Shown here in pieces: positions 10,546-20,327 of a DNA stretch of 64,000 nucleotides. The notes under the pieces were generated by a model. The model ran no database searches, was not told the DNA's origin, and saw only the letters and a program-made list of their open reading frames with translations. Position 1 is the stretch's first letter; the number at the start of each line of letters is the position of its first letter. Source of the DNA: a bacterium (lineage in GTDB: Bacteria > SAR324 > NAC60-12); contig CBDBHR010000030.1 of NCBI GenBank assembly GCA_965205865.1, forward strand, positions 1,088,001 through 1,152,000. Direction: 5' to 3'. Made by a program: the position numbers and the translations under genes.

Positions 10546-10795
10546 ATCTGAGAAACAAAAAAGGATCAAGCTTGAAAGATTGGAAATTTCAGACAGGTTT
10601 TATTAATTCAGGACCAAATCCGGCTTTGGATATATTTGACCCTGATGCCTTTCTTGACTTATGTCTGTTTATATTTGAAAGAAGAAAAAATTCATCATTT
10701 CCCAATCTTTCAGACCTGATTATTTTCCCAGACAGACAGATCCACAGGAGCGAAAGAAGCATGAAATTCTCTGTTGGAAAAACATGTTATGTTGC

Positions 10796-11385
10796 TCAGC
10801 TAAAGCAAGACAGCAGGAATGACCCGACAGACGCAATGTTTCCTACAGTTGGAAGTCCTTGGACAAGGGTGCGAACAACAGCTAGCTTGGGTGAGCCGGA
10901 TTTGAACTGATTTTCGATGGCGTTTTCTACTTCGTGGGCTTCTGATTGCTGAGATTTATCCTTTATGTGTTGGTTGATCTCTTGCCTCAAGTCCTTGATG
11001 TTTTTGGTGACATCAGAACTGAGACGAACTAGGTTCACTGATTGATCAAGTGAGTTTTGGTTGATTCGAGCATTATTCCCGGTGACATTGTAAGTGATGC
11101 TGGGTTTTGCGCTCTTTGCTTTCGGGACGCCCAATTTGCGTACTTCCATTTGATATCCGGCCTTGTTTCTGTGGGATTTCTCATAAAACTCCGGGTCGAC
11201 CACCTCATACATCTCCTCGCCACCATTGGACATTTTTCTCTGAATGTAGTCCCCTGATTCGATCAATGGTTCGTTTCACTGAATGTAGATTTTTTCTTTT
11301 CAACGATTGCTTTGATACCTTCGACGGTCGTTCCGTCTTGCTTGATCAAAGTCACTGTGTCTGTGTAGAATCTCGCAGAGTGCAT
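10796..11385 (-). pseudogene. Conserved hypothetical protein, disrupted by a frameshift and an in-frame TGA
   Basis: MHSARFYTDTVTLIKQDGTTVEGIKAIVEK, frame change in an A-run, then IYIQ*NEPLIESGDYIQRKMSNGG... Confidence 0.55.
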
Positions 11386-11412
11386 GAGGCATCTCATCTA
11401 TGAGAATTTTAA

Positions 11413-12028
11413 CTAAAATGTGTCATAAGTTTCAGAATATATCTTGCTGAGCAATCGTCCGTTGAATGTCCAATGTGGGCAAGGAGCGCTTAAGTACCCT
11501 CTAAGCTGTCCGGTTAGCTTCGTAAGAGAGTAATCGTTTCCTTCAAAAGAGACCTGCTTTTCCGAAATTACGGTAGCTGCCTTTTCGGTACCGACGAACT
11601 CAATAGTCGATCCGATCGGAATTCCCATTTCGACGAAATTCAAGTTTGGACGTCGTGACTTCAATTTTTTCGTCGCCTCTTCGGCACCTTGATCAACTTT
11701 GTTGGCTACCTCTCGTATGGATGGCGTTACGTCTTCTACCGCCATAAATTTCAATAACGCTATGGCTTGCTCCGGCTCTATCTCAAAGAATTCGCGTTTG
11801 GGGTTAATTCGATACGGACCAAAAGCGAGGTGAAACGCCTTTTCTACTTCCGAAACGTCGTTCACCTTCGCGGCGTATGCGCATTCAAAAAGGTACGGGT
11901 ACCCCAGTAGTATAGAGTTCATCCAACCTAATTCGGATGTCATCCCGTGTTGTTTTACCAATCTTTACAAGCCCATTCATGGCGGCGTTGGTTAGTACGT
12001 AAACAGTGCCAATATTATCAGGATTCAT
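11413..12028 (-). pseudogene. T5orf172-type GIY-YIG domain protein, frameshifted
   Basis: VYVLTNAAMNGLVKIGKT...LYTTGVPVPF then ECAYAAKV...REFF; one extra T in the T-run near 11887. Confidence 0.8.
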
Positions 12029-12057
12029 AATATGTAATTCCTTTGCGCTATCGCTTC

Positions 12058-12128
12058 TCATAGTGCTAAGAATCAACTGACCGTAAGTAAGTAGCGATTT
12101 TCAGGTCGGCTGGATTTAATTGCTATAG
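12058..12128 (-). other. Degenerate integron attC-like site
   Basis: Minus strand: AATC(C)AGCCGACC ... GGTCAGTTGATT inner boxes with an extrahelical C; overlaps the stop of the upstream gene; outer R boxes are non-consensus. Confidence 0.5.
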
Positions 12129-12634
12129 GATTTATTTCCTCGATCACCCATTATATGCTCAGCAAGCTTGGAAAAAGATGATTGACCCCCGGTATTTGTA
12201 TCAGCAGTAAAACTCATCAATTCTTCCTGCGAGCAGCGACTCAGAGATTCAAAAACTGCCCGAGTAGCGTCGTTTCTACTCTTGACATTTTTAATGACAT
12301 TGAAACGACCGAGAAATCGCTTTACATCCTTCAGTTGAGGAAGAAACTGCCTGTTTTGATACAGGATGGCCAAACTCATTAACTGATCTTCGTTGGTAGA
12401 CCCTGCTATTATTTCCTTGGCAACATCGAGTGGTTGTTTTTTTGCTCTCGTGTTTTTCGTTGTTTGTGCTTTTTTCTCTTTCAACGCACATATTTTTCCA
12501 CGTAACGCACATATTTTTCCACGTAAATCCTCCTCGTTAGAGGCGATTGCAGCGGAGAGAGCTTTTAAGACAGAAGTCTCACCATATTTCAGTAGCAAAA
12601 TCTCAACCTCGATTTGTAGTAGTTCTATTTCCAT
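12116..12634 (-). CDS. Hypothetical protein overlapping the 3' end of the ParA-like gene
   Basis: 172-aa ORF overlapping the end of parA; contains a 21-bp tandem duplication (LRGKICA x2). Confidence 0.65.
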   Translation of the reverse strand: MEIELLQIEVEILLLKYGETSVLKALSAAIASNEEDLRGKICALRGKICALKEKKAQTTKNTRAKKQPLDVAKEIIAGSTNEDQLMSLAILYQNRQFLPQLKDVKRFLGRFNVIKNVKSRNDATRAVFESLSRCSQEELMSFTADTNTGGQSSFSKLAEHIMGDRGNKSYSN

Positions 12635-13488
12635 TCACTCTTCCTCAGATTGATTGCAGAAAAAAATTCCGAGCTAAATTTAGTGAACTCTTCTGTTACC
12701 TCCCACCGCACATAGCTTGTATTACCAATTGGCGCAGCCTCTCGTGCAGATTTTGGATATGAGGCCGAATAATGGACATGGGTACCAAACACGTGCCAAT
12801 AGTATTTTTTCGCCTCTGCCTTCACATCTTTAATTGATTGTCTGCCTTCCGGGCCTTCCGAGTAACTGGATGAATGGTTGAAGACTATTCCGCTAATATC
12901 TAACTGGTGATCTTCGTTCTCCATTTTAAATTCTTCTATGGAGCGCGCAAGCAGGGGCAAACCGACTGTGGCCATAAACTCAGGTTTAACGGGAACTAAC
13001 ACATACCGACTAGCAAAGTACGCGGCTTCAGTAAGAATTGATTCAGTGGGAGCGCAATCAATGATGATTAAATCATATTCATCCGACACTATTGCAAGAG
13101 CTTTCGCTAAACGGCGCTCCTTACCTGTTGGGTTTTTCAAGGAATGTGAAAGTTCCAGTCGGCTTGGAATGAGATCCAGCGAACTGTCGTATCAATAACC
13201 TGCTTTCTTAATGATTACATCATGAATGTCCACTTGTTTTGGCGCTTTGTACTCATCTGTGGCAGGAATATAGCGATTAAAAATCTGGACGATAGTTGGC
13301 TTACGTTTCTCAAGATGCCTTACATATTTTTCTGGTGTAAGAAGGGACTGGCTTAGGTTAGATTGGGGATCAAGATCTACGACAAGGGTTTTATACCCAA
13401 CTTTATCGGCAGCATGAGCAACTTGAGCAGCAAGTGTGGTTTTTCCCACGCCACCCTTCATGTTGATAAAACTTACCGAGATTGCCAT
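12625..13488 (-). pseudogene. ParA/Soj family ATPase with an in-frame TGA at 13192-13194
   Basis: KGGVGKTT, VDLDPQSN and IIIDCAP motifs; both halves share one frame (AGY*YDSSLDLIPS). Confidence 0.85.
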
Positions 13489-13605
13489 TTTTCTGTCCTC
13501 GTTTATTATTAGCGCTACAATCGATGTACAACCAGAGCAGAGAAAAGCGGTTCTTTCAGTTGCCCGTCGGTAGTTTTGTTGCGCAATACCAGCGCATATT
13601 CGTTT

Positions 13606-13634
13606 TGGTGCGAAGGAGGGGAATCGAACCCCTC
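13606..13634 (-). other. 3' fragment of a tRNA (Leu-like), candidate att site
   Basis: Minus strand GAGGGGTTCGATTCCCCTCCTTCGCACCA = T-arm plus acceptor 3' strand with CCA; no 5' half recognisable. Confidence 0.75.
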
Positions 13635-14183
13635 GGCGTTCCTATTGACCAGCGAATACTTTGGAAAATGCTTAATCTCTCGTAAGGGTTGGAATGTCCC
13701 ACCATGGCCTCGCAAGAACGCCATCCCGTACCATACGCATGAATTATAGTTTCTGATCTTCATAACAATCTCCTTCGATTTGTTTACACAAGATTTTATG
13801 ATTTCAACTAACTCAGTCACTTGGGAATCTAACCCAAACGAGATTCCAACATTTACTTCCATATTCACTTTTACGGCCAATTCTTACAGGTTGCAGAATC
13901 CTTTCAGGGACCATGCAAAGCGACAATTTTGAGATATATGGAATGCTCTTGGGTCGACATGCCCGCTGTTACAGTTGATACGAATTGACAACAGGTATGT
14001 GGAAGCCAAGAGCGCTTTTTTAATTTTATAATATTCCTTGATATATATTCTGTCAAGTTATTAGAAATCTTCTGATGAGATGAGAATGCGCAACCGGGAC
14101 GCTGACCGGAGCCAGAAAGCGCTCCAATGACTGTGAGCCGTGGCGCGATGAATGCGGGATAGTGAGGTGGCGAAAAAAATCAG

Positions 14184-14432
14184 TTACTCACGCGATCGGA
14201 CGATACAACACTTTTCGTAAACGAACTCAGGATCAAGATCGGCGCCGGATTCCCATGTAATCGTGTCAAAAGAGATATGAACGGTTTCGAAGATACTTGG
14301 ATCTTGCAATTTATTAAAAATCCCAAAATTCAAGTAAAGTTTCATATCGAGTAATCCATTCTCTCCATTATCAAAAGCTACGGATAGGGTACAATTCCCT
14401 TCACATTCAACAGATATCACGGCAGGGCGCAT
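14184..14432 (-). CDS. DUF2442 domain protein (TA-associated)
   Basis: LSVAFDNGENG...DTITWESGADLDPEFVY pattern. Confidence 0.75.
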   Translation of the reverse strand: MRPAVISVECEGNCTLSVAFDNGENGLLDMKLYLNFGIFNKLQDPSIFETVHISFDTITWESGADLDPEFVYEKCCIVRSRE

Positions 14433-14466
14433 CAAATTGTCCCCATCTATAATCCTTGCTGAGCGC

Positions 14467-14718
14467 TCAGTAAGAAGCGATTTGGAAGGAATTTCCCAAA
14501 GGCTGGAACTCTTGTGTTTTATTTTGTTCAAGTTTCAGTTCAATTTTTTCGAAGTGTTCAATTGTTTCGGGTAAATAAAATCTTTCACCACAGTGTAAAC
14601 ATACCTCTGCGCTGAGTTTGCAGGAAGCCATGTTGCTTCCTCCCTTTAATAATTTTTCAACTTTTTTTTCAATCAATTGTCCCCCACAGATAGCACACTG
14701 CTCGTCAAGTTTTCTCAT
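14467..14718 (-). CDS. YgiT/MqsA-type zinc finger antitoxin-like protein
   Basis: CAICGG...AEVCLHCGE. Confidence 0.8.
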   Translation of the reverse strand: MRKLDEQCAICGGQLIEKKVEKLLKGGSNMASCKLSAEVCLHCGERFYLPETIEHFEKIELKLEQNKTQEFQPLGNSFQIASY

Positions 14719-14870
14719 CTGAGCCTCCTTTCTTTCCAACCAACCCACCTCATGGGATCTGGGTGATAGACCGTAATAAGCACTGCTTTTTTCTTTTTCC
14801 CATTGAATGCCCACACACTATGCAATGGTTCTTTTCTATCTATTTTACCATAAATCAAACATAATTTGTG
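14715..14870 (-). pseudogene. DUF4258 toxin-like protein, C-terminal remnant
   Basis: CLIYG...EPLHSVWA...AVLITVYHPDP.RW upstream of the YgiT finger; N-terminus absent. Confidence 0.65.
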
Positions 14871-15078
14871 TATTAATGTATCAGAATCCCGACTTTTCAC
14901 AATTACACGAAAATTGGGAAATCCTTAAAAAAAACCTTACGGGGTTTAGAAGTCGAATCATCGAATCCAGTATCCAATGGTTTCGCTATGACAGCCTGAT
15001 TACTGGTTCACTTCATAATACCAGTGTTTACAATGATATTCTTTACAACGACTCGATTCGACTAAAGGAAGACCAACA

Positions 15079-15714
15079 ATGGAACAATTACGCTTCCCAA
15101 TAGACCAACAAACACCTCGACCACAACCTCTTTCAAGGAACCGGGAAGCAATAAATTCAATCAAGGGGTTCCGATATAAAGAAGACTACATAGATGAAGG
15201 AGAGCAGGATCAGTTGTTACGTCAAATTGACGAACAGCAGTGGCTCAGTGATCTCAAGCGTCGTGTTCAACATTACGGTTTTAAGTACGACTACAAGGCG
15301 AGGCAGGTGAACCTTGATATGCGCATTGATCATTTGCCGGAGTGGCTGCAAACACTTGGTCGAAAACTAAAAGAAGAGGGCTACATACCAACAGAACCAG
15401 ATCAGGTTATTGTCAATGAATATAAACCCGGACAAGGGATTGCAAATCACATTGATTGTGAACCATGTTTTGAAGGTACGATTGTCTCTTTGAGTTTGAT
15501 TTCAGCTTGTGTGATGGATTTTACAAACAAATCTGACACAACGAAAAAGATTCCTGTCTGGCTTGCGCCTAGGAGTATTATCGTTTTGAAGGATGAAGCC
15601 AGATTTGAATGGTTTCACGGTATTGCCCCCCGAAGATCAGATATATGGGCTGGTCAAAAGTATGAGAGGAAGCGTAGGATATCGCTCACATTCAGAAAGG
15701 TGATTCTCAAATAA
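15079..15714 (+). CDS. AlkB-family 2OG-Fe(II) dioxygenase
   Basis: RRVQHYG, NEYKPGQGIANHID, WFHGI and RISLTFR motifs. Confidence 0.9.
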   Translation: MEQLRFPIDQQTPRPQPLSRNREAINSIKGFRYKEDYIDEGEQDQLLRQIDEQQWLSDLKRRVQHYGFKYDYKARQVNLDMRIDHLPEWLQTLGRKLKEEGYIPTEPDQVIVNEYKPGQGIANHIDCEPCFEGTIVSLSLISACVMDFTNKSDTTKKIPVWLAPRSIIVLKDEARFEWFHGIAPRRSDIWAGQKYERKRRISLTFRKVILK

Positions 15715-15738
15715 TTGAAGTGAATCAATCCGTTTTAC

Positions 15739-16080
15739 TCAATCTTCTTTCAATTGCTCGACTAAAATAGCCTTCATCTCCGCTTCAGACGGGACTTTTG
15801 TCAGGTCGACGTTACTTAATTCCAGAGCATCGATCAGTGCGCGGATAATCTCGGCCCGGCTGATGGAGTTCCCCGTCGCAGTTCGGATGTCAAATGCCAG
15901 CTGATCCAGGTACAGGATCTGCCGTTTGAACAAAACGACCGTCGCTTTCGTCCGTGCTTCGTCATGCGCAGGTGGCCGTCCCATTTTATTGTCAATCGGC
16001 TTCTCCACTGCTTGCTTAGCCGTCGCGGTCGTCCGCGTAAAGATATCATCGGCAGTCTTTCCTGTCTTTTTCATCAGCAT
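15739..16080 (-). CDS. Small ribbon-helix-helix-like DNA-binding protein (plasmid-type)
   Basis: GRPP...KATVVL...LDQL...SRAEIIRALI. Confidence 0.55.
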   Translation of the reverse strand: MLMKKTGKTADDIFTRTTATAKQAVEKPIDNKMGRPPAHDEARTKATVVLFKRQILYLDQLAFDIRTATGNSISRAEIIRALIDALELSNVDLTKVPSEAEMKAILVEQLKED

Positions 16081-16196
16081 ATTGTCATTACTTCCTTACT
16101 GGACTTTGGACATTTGAGTAAATTTTCAGGAAGAGATTCAGACAAACATTCTGTATGGTGGAGTTTCCAAAACAACCATGCATACAGGAGTTTGCC

Positions 16197-16352
16197 ATGT
16201 TGTCTCTTCCCAATGAATTTATAATCTTTTTAGAATCATATAGACAGCTTTTTTCTCCATCGGTTTGGGGATGCTCAAACCCTGGTCACGGGAGCGATTC
16301 TTTTCCAAGCCAAGCGCACCGTTTCCTCGGCCATGCGAGCCGTTGGTTTAGA
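16197..16352 (+). mobile_element. IS701-like DDE transposase N-terminal remnant
   Basis: MLSLPNEFIIFLESYRQLFSPSVW, then frameshifted GAILFPSKRTVSSAMRAVGL-like text. Confidence 0.55.
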
Positions 16353-17611
16353 AGAAATATTAATATTTCCATAATCCGGGACGATGTCTCACCTCCTGTT
16401 AGATGTTTATCAGGCTTGAGAATTTGGAAAAAGCAGTTTTTGAGAGGGATGATCGATGATAGTGGATTAATAGGGTTCATCCATCGAGGAAACGAATCAA
16501 TCCCGGAACTGCCAAGATTACTTGGGAACCCTTCTGACTCAAATCTTTGCTTAAAATTCCAAACTCCAAGCTTGACTCCCTTTCAACAAAACCCTTCCTG
16601 AATTTCTCTTTACACACCTATTTCCTAATGCTATGGTCATCCGTAAATTTTTGATTTTCATACTATGATTTAGTGGACAGGACTTGAATATTCATTCTAT
16701 CCATTGAATTACCCGATGAATAAAAAATGCAAGATCCTGGCTTGCAACATCCCGGCTGAATATGATGATGGGCTCTCCATAGATATCCCGATTTATCCGG
16801 AATTTGACAGTCCGCGGGTTGCACGCATACAAGCGGAAAAATTTGCTGACACGATTGGGAGGATTTCAAATGTCAGGTAGTCAGAAAAAAAATTTACCTA
16901 AATCCTGCAATTGCATATTTTGATTGAGTTTTCCCCTTACTCTTTGACAGGTTTTATTAAAAAAAAAGAATTGAGAGTTGAATTTCCATCACTCCTCGCT
17001 CATAAAGGTTTTTCCGCCCCCTATGAGATCGCATATTTTGTGATGATCTGGTACCCGCTTTCGCGGGCACAAGATTCAAGACGTACTTCTCCCTGGATTT
17101 GGTGATCGACATCTCAGTAAAACGTTTCCTCCGGAGTGAAACAAAGGATCCAGGTCTCTCCTACAGCGACCCATGCATTCCATTGAGCATTGTAAAGTGT
17201 TCTTTCCGGAACTCTCAGTTTTTGTTGACGAGTGCCACTCGTCCATTTTCCTGCCATTCGGACAAGATAGGTGCGCATGGTGGCCGGTTCCCAACGGCGC
17301 AGTATTGCATTACCACTACAAAGGGCCATCCAGCGCAGCGTGTTGTAAGCGAGTATCGCGCATTACTTTCGTGAGGACAAGACTCTTTGTGAGCCTGCCA
17401 GGGAGTGAGCGCGTCGGTGAGGACATAACAAAAATAATCTTTACTTCCAGAATTCCTTATGTGAACATTTACAATGATTTTCAAAATTCCCACGGTTCAT
17501 GAATGCCGGCACTAAGCTGTCGCTTTAAAGTTGACGACTCCCTTTTATTTGAGGCTCAACTTCCAAGGTGAACAAGGACCACGCGCAAAACTCGAAGAAA
17601 AAGGACCTGCA

Positions 17612-19744
17612 ATGAAGCCATTCACCCTTTTAACGTTGATAATTTCCATGATTTTGATTGGTTGCGCCGTCGACACCGGGGAGTCAGTTCTAGAGGGGTA
17701 CACGATTAGCACCTTCGCCGGGACGGACTCGGATATCCGAGACGGTGGACCTGCCACGAGCGCGCAACTCACCTTCCCTTACGGAGTGACTAAAGATTCG
17801 CGGGGTAACGTCTATATCGCGGACTCGTTCAACCACCGCGTTCGCAAAGTGGATACAAATGGCATCATCACCACCTTCGCCGGCACGGGTGAGGAGGGTT
17901 ACGGTGGTGACGGCGGGCCCGCCAGCGAGGCGCAACTCAAATGGCCCACCGGAGTGGCAGTAGATGAAGATGGCGCCGTCTACATCGCCGACAGGAACAA
18001 CGAACGGGTTCGCAAAGTGGATACCAATGGCATCATCACCACCTATGCCGGCAACGGTGAGTGGGGATACGATACGGACCATGAAGGTAAACCCGCCAAC
18101 GAGGCGACACTCAATTGGCCTACCGGAATAACCTTGGATGAAGATGGCAATCTCTACATCGCGGACACCTACAACCACCGCATTCGCAAAGTGGATACCA
18201 ATGGCATCATCACCACCATCGCCGGCAGGAGTCATACCGATGAGGACAAGGACGAAGACAGCAAAGACTCCATCAAAATCGGTGACGGCGGACCTGCCAT
18301 CGAAGCGAAACTCAACTGGCCTAACGGAGTGGCCGTAGATGACGCCGGCAACCTCTACATCGCGGATTGGGACAACCACCGTATTCGCAAGGTAAACAAC
18401 ATCAATAGCGGTAACCCGGATCAGATGATAATCTCCACAATTGCCGGCACCGGAGAAGAAGGTTACAGTGGAGACGGTCAACCCGCCACCGGCGCGCAAC
18501 TCAACCGGCCTAACGGATTGGATTTGGATGGAAATGGCAACCTCTATATCGCGGATCAAAAAAACGACCGGATTCGAAAGATCAGCAACGTCGATGACCC
18601 TGATGGCGCCAATCGGATAATCACCTCCATTGCCGGTGGTGACGACGGGTCCGACAGCGGCGTGACCCTCTCCGGCATCAGAGGGGTTGCCGTAGATGCG
18701 GAAGGGAACGTTTACATCGCGAACACGCCCAATCACCAGATTCTCGAGCTGGATACCAATACCGCGGAAATTATCGTTTTTGCCGGGACAGGAAATATCG
18801 GAGATGGCGGGCCTGCCACCAATGCCCGGCTCCTCCATCCCACCGGTTTGACCCTGGATTCGGACGGTAACGTCTACATCACGGATACCTTGAACAACCG
18901 GGTTCGCAAGGTGGATATCCATGGCATCATCACCACCATCGCCGGCACGGGGGAAGAAGGCGACGGCGGGGACGGAGGACCTGCCACGAGCGCCCAATTA
19001 CATGCGCCTGGTGGCATTGCCGTGGATACGCATGGCAACCTTTATATCTCGGACAGAGGCAACCACAAGATTCGCAAGATCGATACTTCAGGGATCATCA
19101 CCACCTTTGCCGGCACGGGTGACAGGGGTGACGTCGACAAAGACGGCGACGTCGGAGACGGAGGTCCTGCCACGAGTGCTCAATTATTCTTTCCCGACGG
19201 GATAGCAGTCCATCCTGATGGCAGCCTCTATATTGCAGACAGTTACAACAATAGGATTCGTAAAGTGGATCGTGCTGGAATCATCACCACCATCGCCGGT
19301 TTGGGAGTCCGCAGTTTCAGCGGAGATGACGGTCCGGCCACAGAGGCTCATTTGGGTCGCCCCTCAGGGTTGGAAATAGATGGGGAGGGCAACATTTACA
19401 TTTCTGACTTATACGACCGGAACCGGATTCGCAAGATCGATACTGCGGGAATCATCACAACCATTGCTCAGACTGCCTCGGCCGGACTTTTGACAGTGGG
19501 GATGGACGGCAGCGTTTATATCACGGAATCACCCGTCGGACGGGTTCTCAAGTTGGACCCGTCGGGAGTGCTCAGCATCATCGCAGGCACGGCTGAGCCC
19601 GGCTACGGCGGGGATGACGGACCAGCCACCAGTGCGCAACTCGACGGGCCCAGTGGGATAGAGGTCGATGCGGACGGCAACATCTATGTCGCAGATACGA
19701 AAAACAACCGGGTGCGTAAGTTGACACTCACGGGGACCGACTGA
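17612..19744 (+). CDS. NHL-repeat beta-propeller lipoprotein
   Basis: Lipobox LIGC; about 12 repeats of P.GVAVD..GN.YIAD..NHRIRKVD..GIITTIAG. Confidence 0.9.
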   Translation: MKPFTLLTLIISMILIGCAVDTGESVLEGYTISTFAGTDSDIRDGGPATSAQLTFPYGVTKDSRGNVYIADSFNHRVRKVDTNGIITTFAGTGEEGYGGDGGPASEAQLKWPTGVAVDEDGAVYIADRNNERVRKVDTNGIITTYAGNGEWGYDTDHEGKPANEATLNWPTGITLDEDGNLYIADTYNHRIRKVDTNGIITTIAGRSHTDEDKDEDSKDSIKIGDGGPAIEAKLNWPNGVAVDDAGNLYIADWDNHRIRKVNNINSGNPDQMIISTIAGTGEEGYSGDGQPATGAQLNRPNGLDLDGNGNLYIADQKNDRIRKISNVDDPDGANRIITSIAGGDDGSDSGVTLSGIRGVAVDAEGNVYIANTPNHQILELDTNTAEIIVFAGTGNIGDGGPATNARLLHPTGLTLDSDGNVYITDTLNNRVRKVDIHGIITTIAGTGEEGDGGDGGPATSAQLHAPGGIAVDTHGNLYISDRGNHKIRKIDTSGIITTFAGTGDRGDVDKDGDVGDGGPATSAQLFFPDGIAVHPDGSLYIADSYNNRIRKVDRAGIITTIAGLGVRSFSGDDGPATEAHLGRPSGLEIDGEGNIYISDLYDRNRIRKIDTAGIITTIAQTASAGLLTVGMDGSVYITESPVGRVLKLDPSGVLSIIAGTAEPGYGGDDGPATSAQLDGPSGIEVDADGNIYVADTKNNRVRKLTLTGTD

Positions 19745-19948
19745 CCTGTGGGACCAAGACGAGCATAACGGTCACTATTGGAAGAATTCATAAGATTGAG
19801 AATCGGTAATTGCTCTTCACTATTCATTACGGACTGCATTCTTACTTCACTTTCTCACTATGATGGGGAAGTCCAAGTCCCTGAACAACCGGGAGTTGCT
19901 ACCACGTCATTCTGTAAATCAGGGTCTGCTGAAAAGATTGACAAAGGA

Positions 19949-20260
19949 TCAAACCGCACCATCCCAGTCACCGTCACGCATGTAGCGATAAACCGGGTGA
20001 GAGCGCTGTACCGGCGCGATACCTGGCAACGGGCCTCTGCGCCAGTAAGCTTTCCGTCGCGATTGTCGTCCCAAAGACGCAGTGCATCGATATTGCTTGT
20101 TGATTTTTGGTTTGATGGCGTAGTTGCCACAGCAGACCTTGTCCGAGCAGACCCACAGGGACGGATAACTACCTTGGTTGAGGAACAAGATGAAAGCAGC
20201 ACGTTTTCCAGATATTCTGCTTCGCGACGGTCACTAGTTACGACGCGATCATGGAAAAAG
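19949..20260 (-). pseudogene. Remnant of a protein ending in an excalibur/EF-hand-like domain
   Basis: DRREAEYLENVLLSSCSS...DALRLWDDNRDGKLT and, in another frame, GIAPVQRSHPVYRYMRDGDWDGAV. Confidence 0.55.
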
Positions 20261-20327
20261 CGGGACGGCCCTACCGCTATGGTCAATGACGAATTTTCCG
20301 GAGCATCACGCACCGGCATCCGGAGGA

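Noticed and set aside
12487-12526. 21-bp tandem duplication
   Set aside because: An ordinary slippage duplication that preserves frame.
13192-13194. TGA recoding (alternative genetic code or selenocysteine)
   Set aside because: TGA ends many intact genes here, and other pseudogenes have TAG/TAA lesions; simple nonsense mutation is more likely.
16600-17500. Several short overlapping ORFs
   Set aside because: No recognisable motif or clear RBS; a coding call cannot be supported.
17690-19700. DNA repeats as a DGR or non-coding array
   Set aside because: Fully explained by in-frame NHL protein repeats; no reverse transcriptase seen.
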